Part shown: piece by piece, positions 1 to 12,977 of the stretch
How the letters are laid out: each line of letters begins with the position of its first letter
Position numbering within the stretch: the first letter of the stretch is position 1
Assembly: GCA_002269645.1 (NCBI GenBank)
Contig: NIVC01000024.1
Coordinates: 558,001-622,000, forward strand
Length of the DNA: 64,000 nucleotides
Direction: 5' to 3'
Source: Macrostomum lignano
Lineage: Eukaryota
Notes under the pieces: model-generated
What the model was told of the DNA's origin: nothing
The model's database searches: none
Seen by the model: only the letters and a program-made list of their open reading frames with translations
Made by a program: the position numbers and the translations under genes

Positions 1-64
1 ACTGGTTGCAAAATTCAATTAATTCAATTAAAATTGTGCAATTAACTTTAATTAACAAAAACAG

Positions 65-3000
65 GTGACCCCCGAGACTCTGCAGCAGCTGACTTGGAGC
101 GCGATGAGCAACGAGATTAGAGAGCGCCGAATCCAATATGCTCAATACTATCAGCAGAATTTGCACAGGAATCAAGAGCCCGCCAACGAGGGTGCAAACG
201 TGGAAACCATGCTGTACTTTGACCTGCCGTTTAAGCCCGTTTATCCCTCGGATTTTATACCGAAAATGCCATTCATGCAGCTAAGAGACTCTGTGAAGAA
301 CCACGACGTGAAGAGAGCAGATTTGCTGCTGGGTAAGTGTTAATAACTGAGCAGAACTGTGGAGCGGCGGAGTGGGTTGGCTGAGGAGTGGGGTGGCTGA
401 GGAGTGGGGTGGCTGAGGAGTGGGGTGGCTGAGGAGTGGGGTGGCTGAGGAGTGGGGTGGCTGAGGAGTGGGGTGGCTGAGGAGTGGGGTGGCTGAGGAG
501 TGGGGTGGCTGAGGAGTGGGGTGGCTGAGGAATGGGGTGGCTGAGGAGTGGGGTGGCTGAGGAGAGGGATGGCTGAGGAGTGGGGTGGCTGAGGAGTGGG
601 TGGCTGAGGAGAGGGATGGCTGAGGAGTGGGGTGGCTGAGGAGAGGATTGGCTGAGGAGTGGGATGGCTGAGGAGTGGGGTGGCTGAGGAGTGGGGTGGC
701 TGAGGAGTGTGGTGGCTGAGGAGTGGGTGGCTGAGGAGTGGGGTGGCTGAGGAGTGGGGTGGCTGAGGAGAGGATTGGCTGAGGAGTGGGATGGCTGAGG
801 AGTGGGGTGGCTGAGGAGTGGGGTGGCTGAGGAGTGGGGTGGCTGAGGAGTGGGGTGGCTGAGGAGAGGGTGGCTGAGGAGTGGGGTGGCTGAGGAGTGG
901 GGTGGCTGAGGAGTGGGGTGGCTGAGGAGTGGGGTGGCTGAGGAGTGGGGTGGCTGAGGAGTGGGGTGGCTGAGGAGTGGGGTGGCTGAGGAGTGGGGTG
1001 GCTGAGGAGAGGATTGGCTGAGGAGTGGGGTGGCTGAGGAGTGGGGTGGCTGAGGAGTGGGTTGGCTGAGGAGAGGGATGGCTGAGGAGTGGGGTGGCTG
1101 AGGAGAGGGATGGCTGAGGAGTGGGGTGGCTGAGGAGAGGATTGGCTGAGGAGTGGGGTGGCTGAGGAGAGGGTGGCTGAGGAGTGGGGTGGCTGAGGAG
1201 TGGGGTGGCTGAGGAGAGGATTGGCTGAGGAGTGGGGTGGCTGAGGAGAGGGTGGCTGAGGAGTGGGGTGGCTGAGGAGTGGGGTGGCTGAGGAGGGGGG
1301 TGGCTGAGGAGTGGTGGAGTGGCTGAGGAGTAGGGTGGCTGAGGAGTGGGGTGGCTGAGGAGAGGATTGGCTGAGGAGTGGGGTGGCTGAGGAGTGGGGT
1401 GGCTGAGGAGTGGTGTAGTGGCTGAGGAGTGGGGTGGCTGAGGAGTGGTGGGGTGGCTGAGGAGTGGGGTGGCTGAGGAGTGGTGGGGTGGCTTAGGAGT
1501 AGGGTGGCTGAGGAGTAGAGTGGCTGAGGAGTAGGGTGGCTGAGGAGTGGCTGAGGAGTGGCTGAGGAGTGGCTGAGTGGCTGAGGAGTGGCTGAGGAGT
1601 GGCTGAGGAGTGGCTGAGGAGTGGCTGAGGAGTGGCTGAGGAGTGGCTGAGGAGTGGCTGAGGAGTGGCTGAGGAGTGGCTGAGGAGTGGCTGAGGAGTG
1701 GCTGAGGAGTGGCTGAGGAGTGGCTGAGGAGTGGCTGAGGAGTGGCTGAATAATTTCTTATTATTTGCGAATTAATTTTTGAATTAACAGTCAGACTCTG
1801 CCCTCCAATTTGCAGGTGTAGTCAAAAATGAAGGCGTGTTCTGGATCATGTACGCTCTGTACAAAATATTTCTGATCAGAAACAGAGAATGGAACATCCC
1901 GTTCTGGTGGGGTCAGCCAATGGACCCGCGGCTTAGCAAAGAGTATGAATACTATTCAAAATTTAGCAAGGAACTCGATATGGACACGGATCCACACAAC
2001 CTAGTTGCTAGGTACTTCATTACCAACATCAACATGGACGGCCTCATATCCGAGGGCACCTCGTTCGAGTACCAGGTGCCTTCGAAACTTTTCGGCAAGA
2101 CATCCTGGACAGCTAAAGAAACCTTAGACGCGCTGGACGCGATGACAAGCGACAAGAGCTTCAAGTGTCCGACAATTGAATTTGCTGAGAAGTACGCCCT
2201 CATGCTCGGCAGAAATGCTGCTCATTCGATTTGGATGTACTCGTTTGAGCAGCGCAGTGAGCTGTTGCCGCTACCAGACTGGACAGGAGTTCTGCATGGC
2301 TACGAGCTGGATTATGTGTTCGGCTCACCGTTCAATGAGCGCTTCACTGGGAAGTACTACAACTACACTGAGACTGAGAGGCAGTTCAGCGATGACTTGA
2401 TGAAGTTCTGGACCAACTTTGCCAAGACTGGGTGGGCTTTTTATTCAGTTAAACTTTGTGTGCCAGGGCTTGCTGGGGGTTTCTTGCAAACTGCAAATAG
2501 TTTCACATAGAAATAAACCTTTGAAGCTGGCGCCCTCTCTGTAGCTAACTGGCGCCTGCTCTGGCGCCTACTCTGTAGCTGGCGCCCCTCATTGTAGCTG
2601 CGCCCCCTCTGTAGCTGGCGCCCTCATTGTAGCTGGCGCCCTCATTGTAGCTGGCGCCCCCCTCTGTAGCTGGCGCCCTCACTGTAGCTGGCGCCCTCAC
2701 TGTAGCTGGCGCCCTCATTGTAGCTGGCGCCCCCCTCTGTAGCTGGCGCCCTCATTGTAGCTGGCGCCCTCATTGTAGCTGGCGCCCCCCTCTGTAGCTG
2801 GCGCCCTCACTGTAGCTGGCGCCCTCATTGTAGCTGGCGCCCTCATTGTAGCTGGCGCCCCCCTCTGTAGCTAGCACCCTCTCTGTACCTGCGCCCCATC
2901 TGTAGCTGGCGCCTCCAAAACCAGGAAAACAGGTTCTACTATAATGGAAAATATTTCGCAGTCTTACTGCATGATGGCCAACTCCCATGACATTAAGCTT

Positions 3001-3716
3001 CAGACTGTCGGGTTGCGGGTGATAGCTGTTATGATAGATCTACGAACTGTCGTACTGTAGCAATTTGATTATTTCACAAATCCCCAAACTCGCTATAGCA
3101 ACCCCAACAAAATGTCCGACTCGAGTGCACCGGACGGACCAGGCGCTTGGCCAGAATTCGACGTGATCAACCGCAAGCACATTGTTCTCAAGGCCAGGTC
3201 GCCCATTAGCAGAGGATTTCAAATTGGCGAAAACTTGCGCAAAAGGCAGTGCAATTTTTGGCGTTATCAGGTGCAAAATCTTCGAAATTATACTAATCCG
3301 AAGCGTGAGTTTTTTTGGCTCATTTGCCAGAAATGTTTTCTTATATTTCATAACTTATGTACTATAATATAGAGTTATTTTTTGTCCGATAGTCAGTCTG
3401 GTAGAGCAGACAATGTACTGAGTAAAGTACAACAGTATCTTTGAGTACAGAGTGCAGTACAGTAGTCTGTTTGAGTACAGAGTACAGTAAAATAGTCCAG
3501 TAGAGTACACTTAAATGGAGCAGTGGCATGGCAAGTCACCTTTGTCAAGCAACCGCCCACCCTCATCTTGCAGCAAACTGCTCATCAGGAGTTGGGACTC
3601 GTCGTGCTCAAACAGTCGGCCCAATGAAATCGGCGACGTCCAAGCAAAGTAGATTTCGAGGCGTCTTCTTAGGTCTGGTTGGGGCGTTTGAGCTGCTGCG
3701 GTTGCTTCATCTATAG
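65..3716 (+). CDS. ace: Acetylcholinesterase-like carboxylesterase, 3' part (5' exons lie left of the window); exons 65-332, 1816-2431, 3099-3304, 3574-3716; likely GPI-anchored
   Basis: Splicing at the AG/GT sites gives one continuous frame: DLLLG|VVKNEGVFWIMY (catalytic Glu motif), LPDWTGVLHGYELDYVFG (catalytic His motif, as in AChE GVxHGYE), WTNFAKTG|NPN, QCNFW, then a hydrophobic tail RGVFLGLVGAFELLRLLHL*. Intron phases (1,2,1) are consistent. AChE versus other cholinesterase is inferred from motifs only, because the catalytic Ser exon is outside the window. Confidence 0.88.
369..1749 (+). repeat. G-rich minisatellite in the AChE intron: 16-bp unit GGAGTGGGGTGGCTGA, switching to the 11-bp unit TGGCTGAGGAG after ~1540
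   Basis: Directly visible periodicity. Confidence 0.95.
2524..2914 (+). repeat. 18-21 bp minisatellite (TGTAGCTGGCGCCCTCAT-like) in the AChE intron
   Basis: Tandem units carrying a GCTGGCGCCC core. Confidence 0.92.
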
Positions 3717-3824
3717 GTAACCAGCTTTAGTGACAGTTATTGAAAGAGGCATGCGCAGAGATGTCTGGATCCGCGGCCACTGTTTGCAAGTTACCAAGGG
3801 CATCTTTCAGAAATCCATAAAATA

Positions 3825-4008
3825 GGGGGGCTCCCAGTGGTCTCGCGCCGTACTGATGTGCCAGCGGCCCAGGTTCGATTCCAAGTGCAGTCACATTAAT
3901 TTGGGGCTAAATTGGAATCTCGGCTTGGCTCTGCTCGTGCAATTAACGCCCTTTGAGGGCCAACCCCCCAAGGCGCAGTGAAGTGTACATGACTAAGGAT
4001 AAATAAAG
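3825..4008 (+). mobile_element. tRNA-derived SINE-like element
   Basis: G-run start, perfect Pol III B box GGTTCGATTCC at 3872-3882 preceded by GCGGCCCA (tRNA variable-loop/T-stem-like), non-tRNA body and A-rich end (GGATAAATAAA). No complete cloverleaf. The post-B-box sequence is shared with the copies at 54.8 and 56.8 kb. Confidence 0.55.
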
Positions 4009-5937
4009 TTAGGGCCGCTGTACACTCCTGTGTGAGTGTGTGCCTGTGCGTAGGACTGCGTACGTATCCGCGCGCTTGTGTGCCTGCTCAGGGGAGTCGG
4101 CGGAATGGGCAGTAATGCCTCTCGCCGGTTGTGTGACAATGTCGCTTAAAGTGCGCCAGGGTGCACACAACCCCCTGCCTCTAACTAAAAGCTCCCCTCA
4201 TGCCCCGGCTCAGATACAAATAGGCATGCATGACTCAGCATTGATCGACACCTTTAGGCTTCATATATTCTAATTTGAATCAGAATGCATCATGTACGGC
4301 TAATTACAAGTACATGTACATTTAACAGTAGCAAGTTTTTATTACAATTAATAGCTCTAATTTTGATTTTCCAATTTTGGAAACAAATGTTTCCGATGTC
4401 AATAATAACGGACGTACAAAATTTAGGCAATCCTGTGATTTTAGAATTGCTAGTAGATCTATATTCATACATGTGTAAAAAGTCGTTAAAAATCAGAAGC
4501 ATAAAAAATGAACTTCAATTTTAAACCAGTCTTCAGAAGTTTAATGCTGCATAAAATCTTTGTTAGTTGCTACAGTAATTTATGACAGACCAAAGCTTTT
4601 GGCATAAAAATTAAACGCATAGATTTTGACAATGAAGTTTCGTTAATCCATTTAAGTGTACATCAGCGCCACAAAGTGGGCACCTCAAAATGAAAGTTGC
4701 ACGAATTTAATATTCTTTTATTTAATTTTTTACGCAAAGTCCTGGCGTGTTTTTATCCAAATTATTTTTTATTTCATTTGGTCAAATGTTTTTACAAATA
4801 TACGAGGAAATATTATGTTAAAAGTTTGTTTAAATGTAAACGAGAAAACACCGGAATAAAATAAGCAATTAGTAGATAATAGCTCGTTAATAAATATACA
4901 CTTTTTCCAGCAATATCGGTCGCCTCAATAAAACATTTTGCTTCCAAATCGAATGAATTGGATTTCTCTTAGGTTGTAAACATTTTTACGTGTTTCACCC
5001 ATTCAACATATGCACTTATTCATAAACTCTGCTATGATTTTTTGCTACACTTTAAATTGTTTTTAAGCTAATTAAACTCGTTTAAAGGTTGTAATTTGTG
5101 CTAACCTGAAATTTTATGCAGTTTGCAACTTTTCATGCTATTTAAATTATGAAACTTTTTGTTTTAAATGCTATTTCCTCGTTTAACATTTTTGACTGGA
5201 ATGTGCACCCTACCTGTCTCTGTTTTTACTACTTCGATTTTCCTACAAAATATTAACAAACAGTAATATAATTCAATATATATAGAATATAAAATGACTA
5301 ATCTAGTTTGAAAAAAAAACCATTATTTACAGTAAAGCTTTACTCAAATAAAGAGACTGCCCAATAAATGCAGAACTAATTTACCTGTCTCAAAGTAGAT
5401 GTGCTGTCTCATTTTAATTTATTCTGAAAACAAAAAAGATTATAGAACAGAAGCCAGTCAGTATATTTCAGAGTAACTAATATATCAGCAGCTACAGTAG
5501 CTCAAAATACTCTATTTATTAATTATTTCCCATGTGTATAAAACTGTTAATATGAACAGTAAAAAATGACTGTGAAGTTAAATAAAAATCACAATGATCT
5601 GATGCGTGACTATACTCAAGAAGCTGGCTTACATGATAAAAATATGCAATAAGGAAATATTCGCAGTTTAGCATCGAAATTGAATAGTACATGCAACTAG
5701 TCAATAACATCGACGAAAAATATTGATCTATATCAGTAAAAGTTGTGACAAGACACTGAGGGTTGAACAATAGTTCAATAATAGCTCGGCCGAAAATGAC
5801 TTAACAGTTGAATGAGACTCTATTTATTGTTTACGAGATTGGGTACAACAAAATAGTTGAAAAGCAAAACTGCTTCCAGACGCTTGTGTAATACTAATTT
5901 TATTATTCCGTGAATTATATAGAAGCTAGCTAAATTG

Positions 5938-6410
5938 AGTGTCACTGGGAAGAGAGTGTAAACGGGGGAGAGAATGGAGGCGATTGTCGCTTTGATAGCG
6001 CGTGTGCACACTAGGGAGAGAGTGGGGTGGTTGTCGCTTTGAGCGCAAGTGTACACTGGGGAGAGAGTGCGGGTGGTTGTCGCTTTGATAGCGTGTGTAC
6101 ACTAGGGAGAGAGTGGGGTGGTTGTCGCTTTGAGCGCAAGTGTACACTGGGGAGAGAGTGCGGGTGGTTGTCGCACTGATAGCGCGTGCGTACACTGGGG
6201 AGAGAGAGAGTGGTGTGGGTGCCGCTTTGAGCTCGCGAATGTACATGTACACTGAGGAGAGAGTGCGGGTGGTTGTCGCTTTGATAGCGCGTGTGTACAC
6301 CGGGGAGAGAGTGGAGGTGGTTGTCGCTTTGATAGCGCGCGTGTACACTAGGAGAGTAGGGTGGTTGTCGCTTTGATAGGGCGTGTAGACTGGGGAGAGA
6401 GGGGGTGGGT
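5938..6410 (+). repeat. 45-47 bp minisatellite (GTGTACACTGGGGAGAGAGTGCGGGTGGTTGTCGCTTTGATAGCGC-like)
   Basis: The TTGTCGCTTT anchor recurs at 6031, 6077 and 6122, and so on. Confidence 0.9.
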
Positions 6411-6737
6411 ATCGCTTAAGTACATACACTGTACTGCACGCAACCAAATAGCAGGGATGCACTTTGAAGCAGTGGTGTACTTATTATAATTATATTATTA
6501 TGCATTTTAATAAACAATTATACTGTTGGAATATACGGCGAGTAAACATTTTTTATTAATAATCAAGTAATAAATAATTAGGATCATACACTGTATTTGT
6601 ACACTGAAGTAACAAAAATAAGCCAAAAAATTGTTTGTATCACAAAAATAAAGCCAAGGTATTGATGCAGGTTAATCAAGCCACTTAATGCTGCTATGTT
6701 TTCCAAAATAATTCTGCATTGAAAAAGGACAGCTGAT

Positions 6738-9700
6738 TCAGGCCAGAGCCCGCCTAGCAGCTAAAATATGTTCTCGCAGCTTCCATTGCAGAGGACAGGC
6801 TTTAGCTAGAAAGCTGTGCTCCAACAGTTCCCTAGCGGTTGGCCTTTGTTCGGGATCGACGCTCAGGCACTGGTCGAGAAAATTAGTCAACTCTGCGCTC
6901 ATGTTAGCTGGGTCTTTGTAGTCTGGCTTGCCTTTTGTTTGAATGAGATAGATTGCCTGGAATCGAATAATGAACAGTTTTTTTCTGAAACTCAAATACT
7001 TAATTGAGTTTTCTCTCATGACCCCTCGACTAGATCGCTTTTGAGATGAAGTGACATCTAGAGAGTGCATGGCGTCTGGAGAGTGAAATCTAGGGAGTGA
7101 CATCTAAAGAGAGTGAAATTTAGGGAGTGACATCTAAAGAGGTGACATCTAAAGAGTGACATCTAGGGAGTGGGATCTAAAGAGAGTAACGTCTAAGAAG
7201 TGACATCTAGAGAGGATGACATCTAGAGAGGATGACATCTAGGGAGTGACATCTAGAGAGGATGACATCTAGAGAAGATGACATCTAGAGAGGATGACAT
7301 CTAGAGAGTGACATCTAGAGAAAATGACATCTAGGGAGTGACATCTAGAGAGGATGACATCTAGAGAGGATGACAGCTAGGGAGTGACATCCGGCCTAGT
7401 TAACAAAAAAGTGCCCACCTTAACAGGCAGTTCATGCAGATAAGGCGGCTCGCCCTCCAGCATCTCCAACACGAGTACGCCTAGAGACCAGATGTCCACT
7501 TTGCTGTTGTAGCAGCGAGCCGACTGCCGCTCCACCACCGTCACCATCTCTGGCGCCATCCAGTAGGGTGTGCCGATCTAGGAAAAATAATTTGCTTGCT
7601 TTCTAAACTTTATCATTTAATGAGAGAAAGCGCGCCAGCAGCTACTTAAAGTAGATTTTAAATTTGTCAACATTTTTCAGGTGAAATAATACACTTCATC
7701 GAGAACAGAAAAATGAAAGCAAAGAAGGAAGACAGTAAGAGGGGGAGGCAGTGAGAGAGGAAGACAGTAAGAGGGAGACAGTGAGAAAGGGAGACAGTGA
7801 AGAGAGGGAGACACTGAGAGAGGGAGACAGTGAGAGAGGGAGACAATGAGAGGGAGACAGTGAGAGAAGGAGACAGTGAAGAGAGGGAGACACTGAGAGA
7901 GGGAGACAGTGAGAAAGGGAGACAGTGAGAAAGGGAGATAGTGAGAGAGGGAGACAGTGAGAGGGAGACAGTGAGAAAAAGAGATAGTGAGAGGGGGACA
8001 GAGAGGAAAACAGTGAGAGGGAGACAGTGAGACGGAGACAGTGAGAGGGAGACAGTGAGAGGAAGACAGTGAGAAAGGAAGAGTGAGAGGGAGACAGTGA
8101 GAAAGGAAGAGTGAGAGGGGGACAGAGAGGAAAACAGTGAGAGGGAGACAGTGAGAGGGAGACAGCGAGAGGGAGACAGAGAGAAAGGAAGAGTGAGAGG
8201 GAGACAGTGAGAGAGGGAGACAGTGAGAGAGGGAGACAGTGAGAGGGAGACAGTAAGAGGGGGAGGCAGTGAGAGAGGAAGACAGTGAGAGAGGGAGACA
8301 GTGAGAAAGGGAGACAGTGAGAGGGAGACAGTGAGAGGAAGACAGTGAGAAAGGAAGAGTGAGAGGGAGACAGTGAGAAAGGAAGAGTGAGAGGGGGACA
8401 GAGAGGAAAACAGTGAGAGGGAGACAGTGAGAGGGAGACAGCGAGAGGGAGACAGTGAGAAAGGAAGAGTGAGAGGGAGACAGTGAGAGAGGGAGACAGT
8501 GAGAGAGGGAGACAGTGAGAGAGGGAGACAGTGAGAGGGAGACAGTGAGAGAAGGAGACAGTGAGAGGGAGACAGTGAGAGAGGAAGAGTGAGAGGGAGA
8601 CAGTGAGAGAGGGAGACAGTGAGAGAGGGAGACAGTGAGAGGGAGACAGTAAGAGGGGGAGGCAGTGAGAGAGGAAGACAGTGAGAGAGGGAGACAGTGA
8701 GAAAGGGAGACAGTGAGAGGGAGACAGTGAGAGGGATACAGTGAGAGGAAGACAGTGAGAGGGAGATAGTGAGAGAGGGAGACAGTAAGAGGGAGACAGT
8801 GAAGAGAGGGAGACAGTGAGAAAGGGAGAGTGAGAGGGAGACAGAGAGGAAAAAGTGAGAGGGAGACAATGAGAGGGAGACAGTGAAGAGAGGGAGACAG
8901 TGAGAAAGGGAGAGTGAGAGGGAGACAGAGAGGAAAAAAGTGAGAGGGAGACAATGAGAGGGAGACAGTGAGAGAGGGAGACAGTGAGAGAGGGAGACAG
9001 TGAGAGGGAGACAGTGAGAGGGAGACAGTGAGAGAGGGAGTCAGTGAGAGAGGGAGACAGTGAGAGGGAGACAGTGAGAGGGAGACAGTGAGAGGGAGAC
9101 AGTGAGAGGGAGACAGTGAAAGGGAGACAGTGAGAGGGAGACAGTGAAAGGGAGACAGTGAAAGGGAGACAGTGAAAGGGAGACAGTGAAAGAGAGACAA
9201 TGAGAGGGAGACAGTGAGAGAGGGAGACAGTGAGATAGGGAGACAGTGAGAGAGGGAGACAGTAAGAGGGAGACAGTGAGAAAGGGAGACAGTGAAGAGA
9301 GGGAGACAGTGAGAAAGGGAGAGTGAGAGGGAGACAGAGAGGAAAAAAGTGAGAGGGAGACAGTAAGAGGGAGACAGTAAGAGAGGGAGACAGTAAGAGG
9401 GAGACAGTGAGAAAGGGAGACAGTGAAGAGAGGGAGACAGTGAGAAAGGGAGAGTGAGAGGGAGACAGAGAGGAAAAAAGTGAGAGGGAGACAGTGAGAG
9501 GGAGACAGTGAGAGGGAGACAGTGAGAGGGAGACAGTGAAAGGGAGACAGTGAGAGGGAGACAGTGAAAGGGAGACAGTGAGAGGGAGACAGTGAAAGGG
9601 AGACAGTGAAAGGGAGACAATGAGAGGGAGACAGTGAGAGAGGGAGACAGTGAGATAGGGAGACAGTGAGAGAGGGAGACAGTAAGAGGGAGACAGTGAG

Positions 9701-12017
9701 AAAGGGAGACAGTGAAGAGAGGGAGACAGTGAGAAAGGGAGAGTGAGAGGGAGACAGAGAGGAAAAAAATGAGAGGGAGACAGTAAGAGGGAGACAGTGA
9801 GAGAGGGAGACAGTAAGAGGGAGACAGTGAGAAAGGGAGACAGTGAAGAGAGGGAGACAGTGAGAAAGGGAGAGTGAGAGGGAGACAGAGAGGAAAAAAG
9901 TGAGAGGGAGACAGTGAGAGGGAGACAGTGAGAGGGAGACAGTGAAAGGGAGACAGTGAGAGGGAGACAGTGAAAGGGAGACAGTGAAAGGGAGACAATG
10001 AGAGGGAGACAGTGAGAGAGGGAGACAGTGAGAGAGGGAGACAGTGAGAGGGAGACAGTGAGAGAGGGAGACAGTAAGAGGGAGACAGTGAGAAAGGGAG
10101 ACAGTGAAGAGAGGGAGACAGTGAGAAAGGGAGAGTGAGAGGGAGACAGTGATAGGTAGACAGTGAGAGGGAGACAGTGAGAGGAAGACAGTAAGAGGGA
10201 GACAGTGAGAGAGGGAGACAGTGAGAGAGGGAGACAGTGAGAGAGGGAGACAGTGGTAGAGGGAGACAGTGAGAGGGAGACAGTGAGAGGGAGACAGTGA
10301 GAGGGAGACAATGAGAGGGAGACAGTGAGAGGGAGACAGTGAGAGGGAGACAGTGAGAGGGAGACAGTGAGAGGGAGACAGTGAGAGGGAGACAATGAGA
10401 GGGAGACAATGAGAGGGAGACAGTGAGAGGGAGACAGTGAGAGGGAGACAATGAGAGGGAGACAATGAGAGGGAGACAGTGAGAGGGAGACAGTGAGAGG
10501 GAGACAGTGAGAGGGAGACAATGAGAGGGAGACAGTGAGAGGGAGACAGTGAGAGGGAGACAGTGAGAGGGAGACAGTGAGAGGGAGACAGTGAGAGGGA
10601 GACAGTGAGAGGGAGACAGTGAGAGGGAGACAGTGAGAGGGAGACAGTGAGAGGGAGACAATGAGAGGGAGACAGTGAGAGGGAGACAGTGAGAGGGAGA
10701 CAGTGAGAGGGAGACAGTGAGAGGGAGACAGTGAGAGGGAGACAATGCCTCACCCTAGTGCATCTGTAACTATCGTCCGTAGTTAACAGCGCGCAGAATC
10801 CGAAATCGGTGACCTTGACCTCGCCGCCGGTGCCCAAAAGTACATTGTCGGATTTTAAATCTCGGTGAATAACTCGATTATGGTGCAAATAAGCGACAGC
10901 CTGCAGGCATTCTCTAGCCACGGCGGCTATGATCGGCTCCTGCATCACCGTTTCCATGGCGACGTCGGTTAAACAACCGCCATCCAAGTATTCCATGACT
11001 AGAAGCAGTTCGGCTGATGAGCTGCTAGAACGGTTCAGGTAGGCTCTGATGAAGTTGACGATATTGTCGTGTCGGAGTCGCTGCATCGCCGACAGCTCCG
11101 TTAGCAGGGCGTCGCGTCGTCTCTGTTGCCTAGCAACCAAGCGCATGCACTTGACCGCCACGGGACGGTTGGTGACTCGGTCTCGAGCTAGACGCACCGT
11201 GCCGCTGGCTCTGAGGTGAAGTCAAGGACTACTCAAGTAGAAGGACGAGAGACTGCGTTTCATGAAAAATGTTAAGGAGGCTGGTTTTCGCCGAACAATA
11301 CACTACAGAGATAGGAACTTTTCACTTTTTTCATATTAAAATTTTTATTGCTTTCCTTAAGCCTCCTTAACACTTTCTAAGAAACGTCCTTGGGTGAAGG
11401 TTGGAATTGATGCTTCAAGACCCACTGACACTGAGCTGACAGCCCGCTACTCACCCGGTGCCCAGCACCTCCTGACTCCAGGCGTATTTCGCCTCGAATT
11501 CGTCTCCAGCCTTGCCTGGTGCTCCAACGCCCAGCAGGAGGTCCTCGAGCTGGCAAAAGAACTCGGTCAGGTTCGCCTCTGTCTGCGAGCTGCCGCCAAC
11601 GGTCCCTGAAGGCGACGAGTCCACAGTCAGTGCCGATCGCTTTCTGACCGGGACGTCAGCTGCTGGACCTTCGTCGCCATCGCCGGCATCTTCATCAGCC
11701 TCATCAGCTGCATCAACGGTGGACGGCGGCCGACTGCCGCAGCCGCTGTAGAATCGAAAAGCTTCGGCCACGGCTGTTGGCTGGCGTAGGCGAAGCTCTG
11801 AGCTGAACTGCGACTCCAGCCAGAGCCGCCAGGTGTCCGGCAGGCCGATGAACTCGCCAGTGTCCGGGTCAATCTCGATATGAATTTGGCGCTCAACGCT
11901 GATTGGTGAGCTGATCTCGATTGACTGACCGCCAGGCGATGCCAGCTGTGGCGGCGGCTGCTGCTGCTGCGGGCGAGGACTCGGGCTGCCCCGCCTGCTG
12001 CCAAATAATCTGGACAG
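6738..12017 (-). CDS. PAK: Group I p21-activated kinase (STE20 family); exons 12017-11455, 11210-10754, 7577-7419, 6956-6738; start codon must lie in an upstream exon (candidate 16028-16011)
   Basis: CRIB/AID-like [30 protein letters not shown], then LGTG|[41 protein letters not shown]|[29 protein letters not shown]|[11 protein letters not shown]. Canonical splice sites with consistent phases (2,0,0). Confidence 0.93.
7036..7392 (+). repeat. 16-bp minisatellite GATGACATCTAGAGAG in the last PAK intron
   Basis: Direct periodicity; each unit contains TCTAGA or TCTAGG. Confidence 0.92.
7733..10745 (+). repeat. 3-kb purine-rich 14-bp minisatellite GACAGTGAGAGGGA with variant blocks, filling a PAK intron
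   Basis: Direct periodicity. It is homogeneous near 10.3-10.7 kb and more variant leftwards, and it explains the four spurious long ORFs here. Confidence 0.97.
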
Positions 12018-12977
12018 CTGAAGTGAATTTGAGAAAAATAAATCATTCACACTTCTGCGCTAGAATATAGTGTTAAAAATTGAAATTGAAGGTCACTTTA
12101 AATTTTGTATTGTATAATTATATAAAAATCTGAACAAAAGAAAAAAATTAAAAATGCTAATACTTTATAAAGATTCAAGCAATTGATTTGTGTCCTATAA
12201 AAAATAATAAACAAAATGGCTTAGTCCAAAATTATTGATCATTTAAATGAAAATTGCAACTTTTTGAACTTGCAACATTGTCAATCATTGTTAATGAAGT
12301 ATCTAGTTAGATGTATGAATACTTTTAGATTTAATAGACCCATTTAATGTAGTATTTATATTGATCTTATTGTTTTTGCCAATGCAAACATTAACCAGTG
12401 AATTTAAGTGCATTTTGTCTAAACAAAATTTTCAGGGTAGGTAAATCAAATAACCAACTTTATAATAAAAAAATTTATAAAAATGAAACTATGAAAGGAT
12501 CAATGATGACAATGAGAAGTGTATAATGTATAATACATTATGGTTGGAGTGCTCATTGTGAGCTGAGAGAATAAATATAGCTATTTAAGGCATTGATAGC
12601 TGTCAGTTTATAATAATAAGCTTTTAAATTAATTCAAGCTGCATATACAAAGTGTTTCAGAAATATAATCAAAAGACTTAATAGGCAATTCTGAAAATTG
12701 AGCATAAGCTTAAGCTGGGTTTAGGCAGAATATTTCAAGGTGGCATTTACATTGTCATTTAGTCTATGGTTGCTAACTGTTTTTTAATGATTAGATTGCC
12801 TTTGGCTTAGCCAATATTGGAGGCTATAGACTACATTTTGTTTATTTATTTTTTCAAGGGTTATATTTTTTCTTTCCTTTGAGGCAGGCGATATTTTAAT
12901 ATTTTTGTAGGTCTTATTTTAAACTACCGCCAAATATGCTTAGTTACATGTTTTGTTTGAATGGACTGAAATGTTTT

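Noticed and set aside
3825-3895. Functional tRNA gene
   Set aside because: B box only; no acceptor stem, proper D-arm or 7-nt anticodon loop, so treated as a SINE head.
7667-10745. 400-1022 aa Ser/Leu/Pro/His ORFs
   Set aside because: Stop-free translations of a 14-bp intronic repeat. The real PAK exon splices out at 10754.
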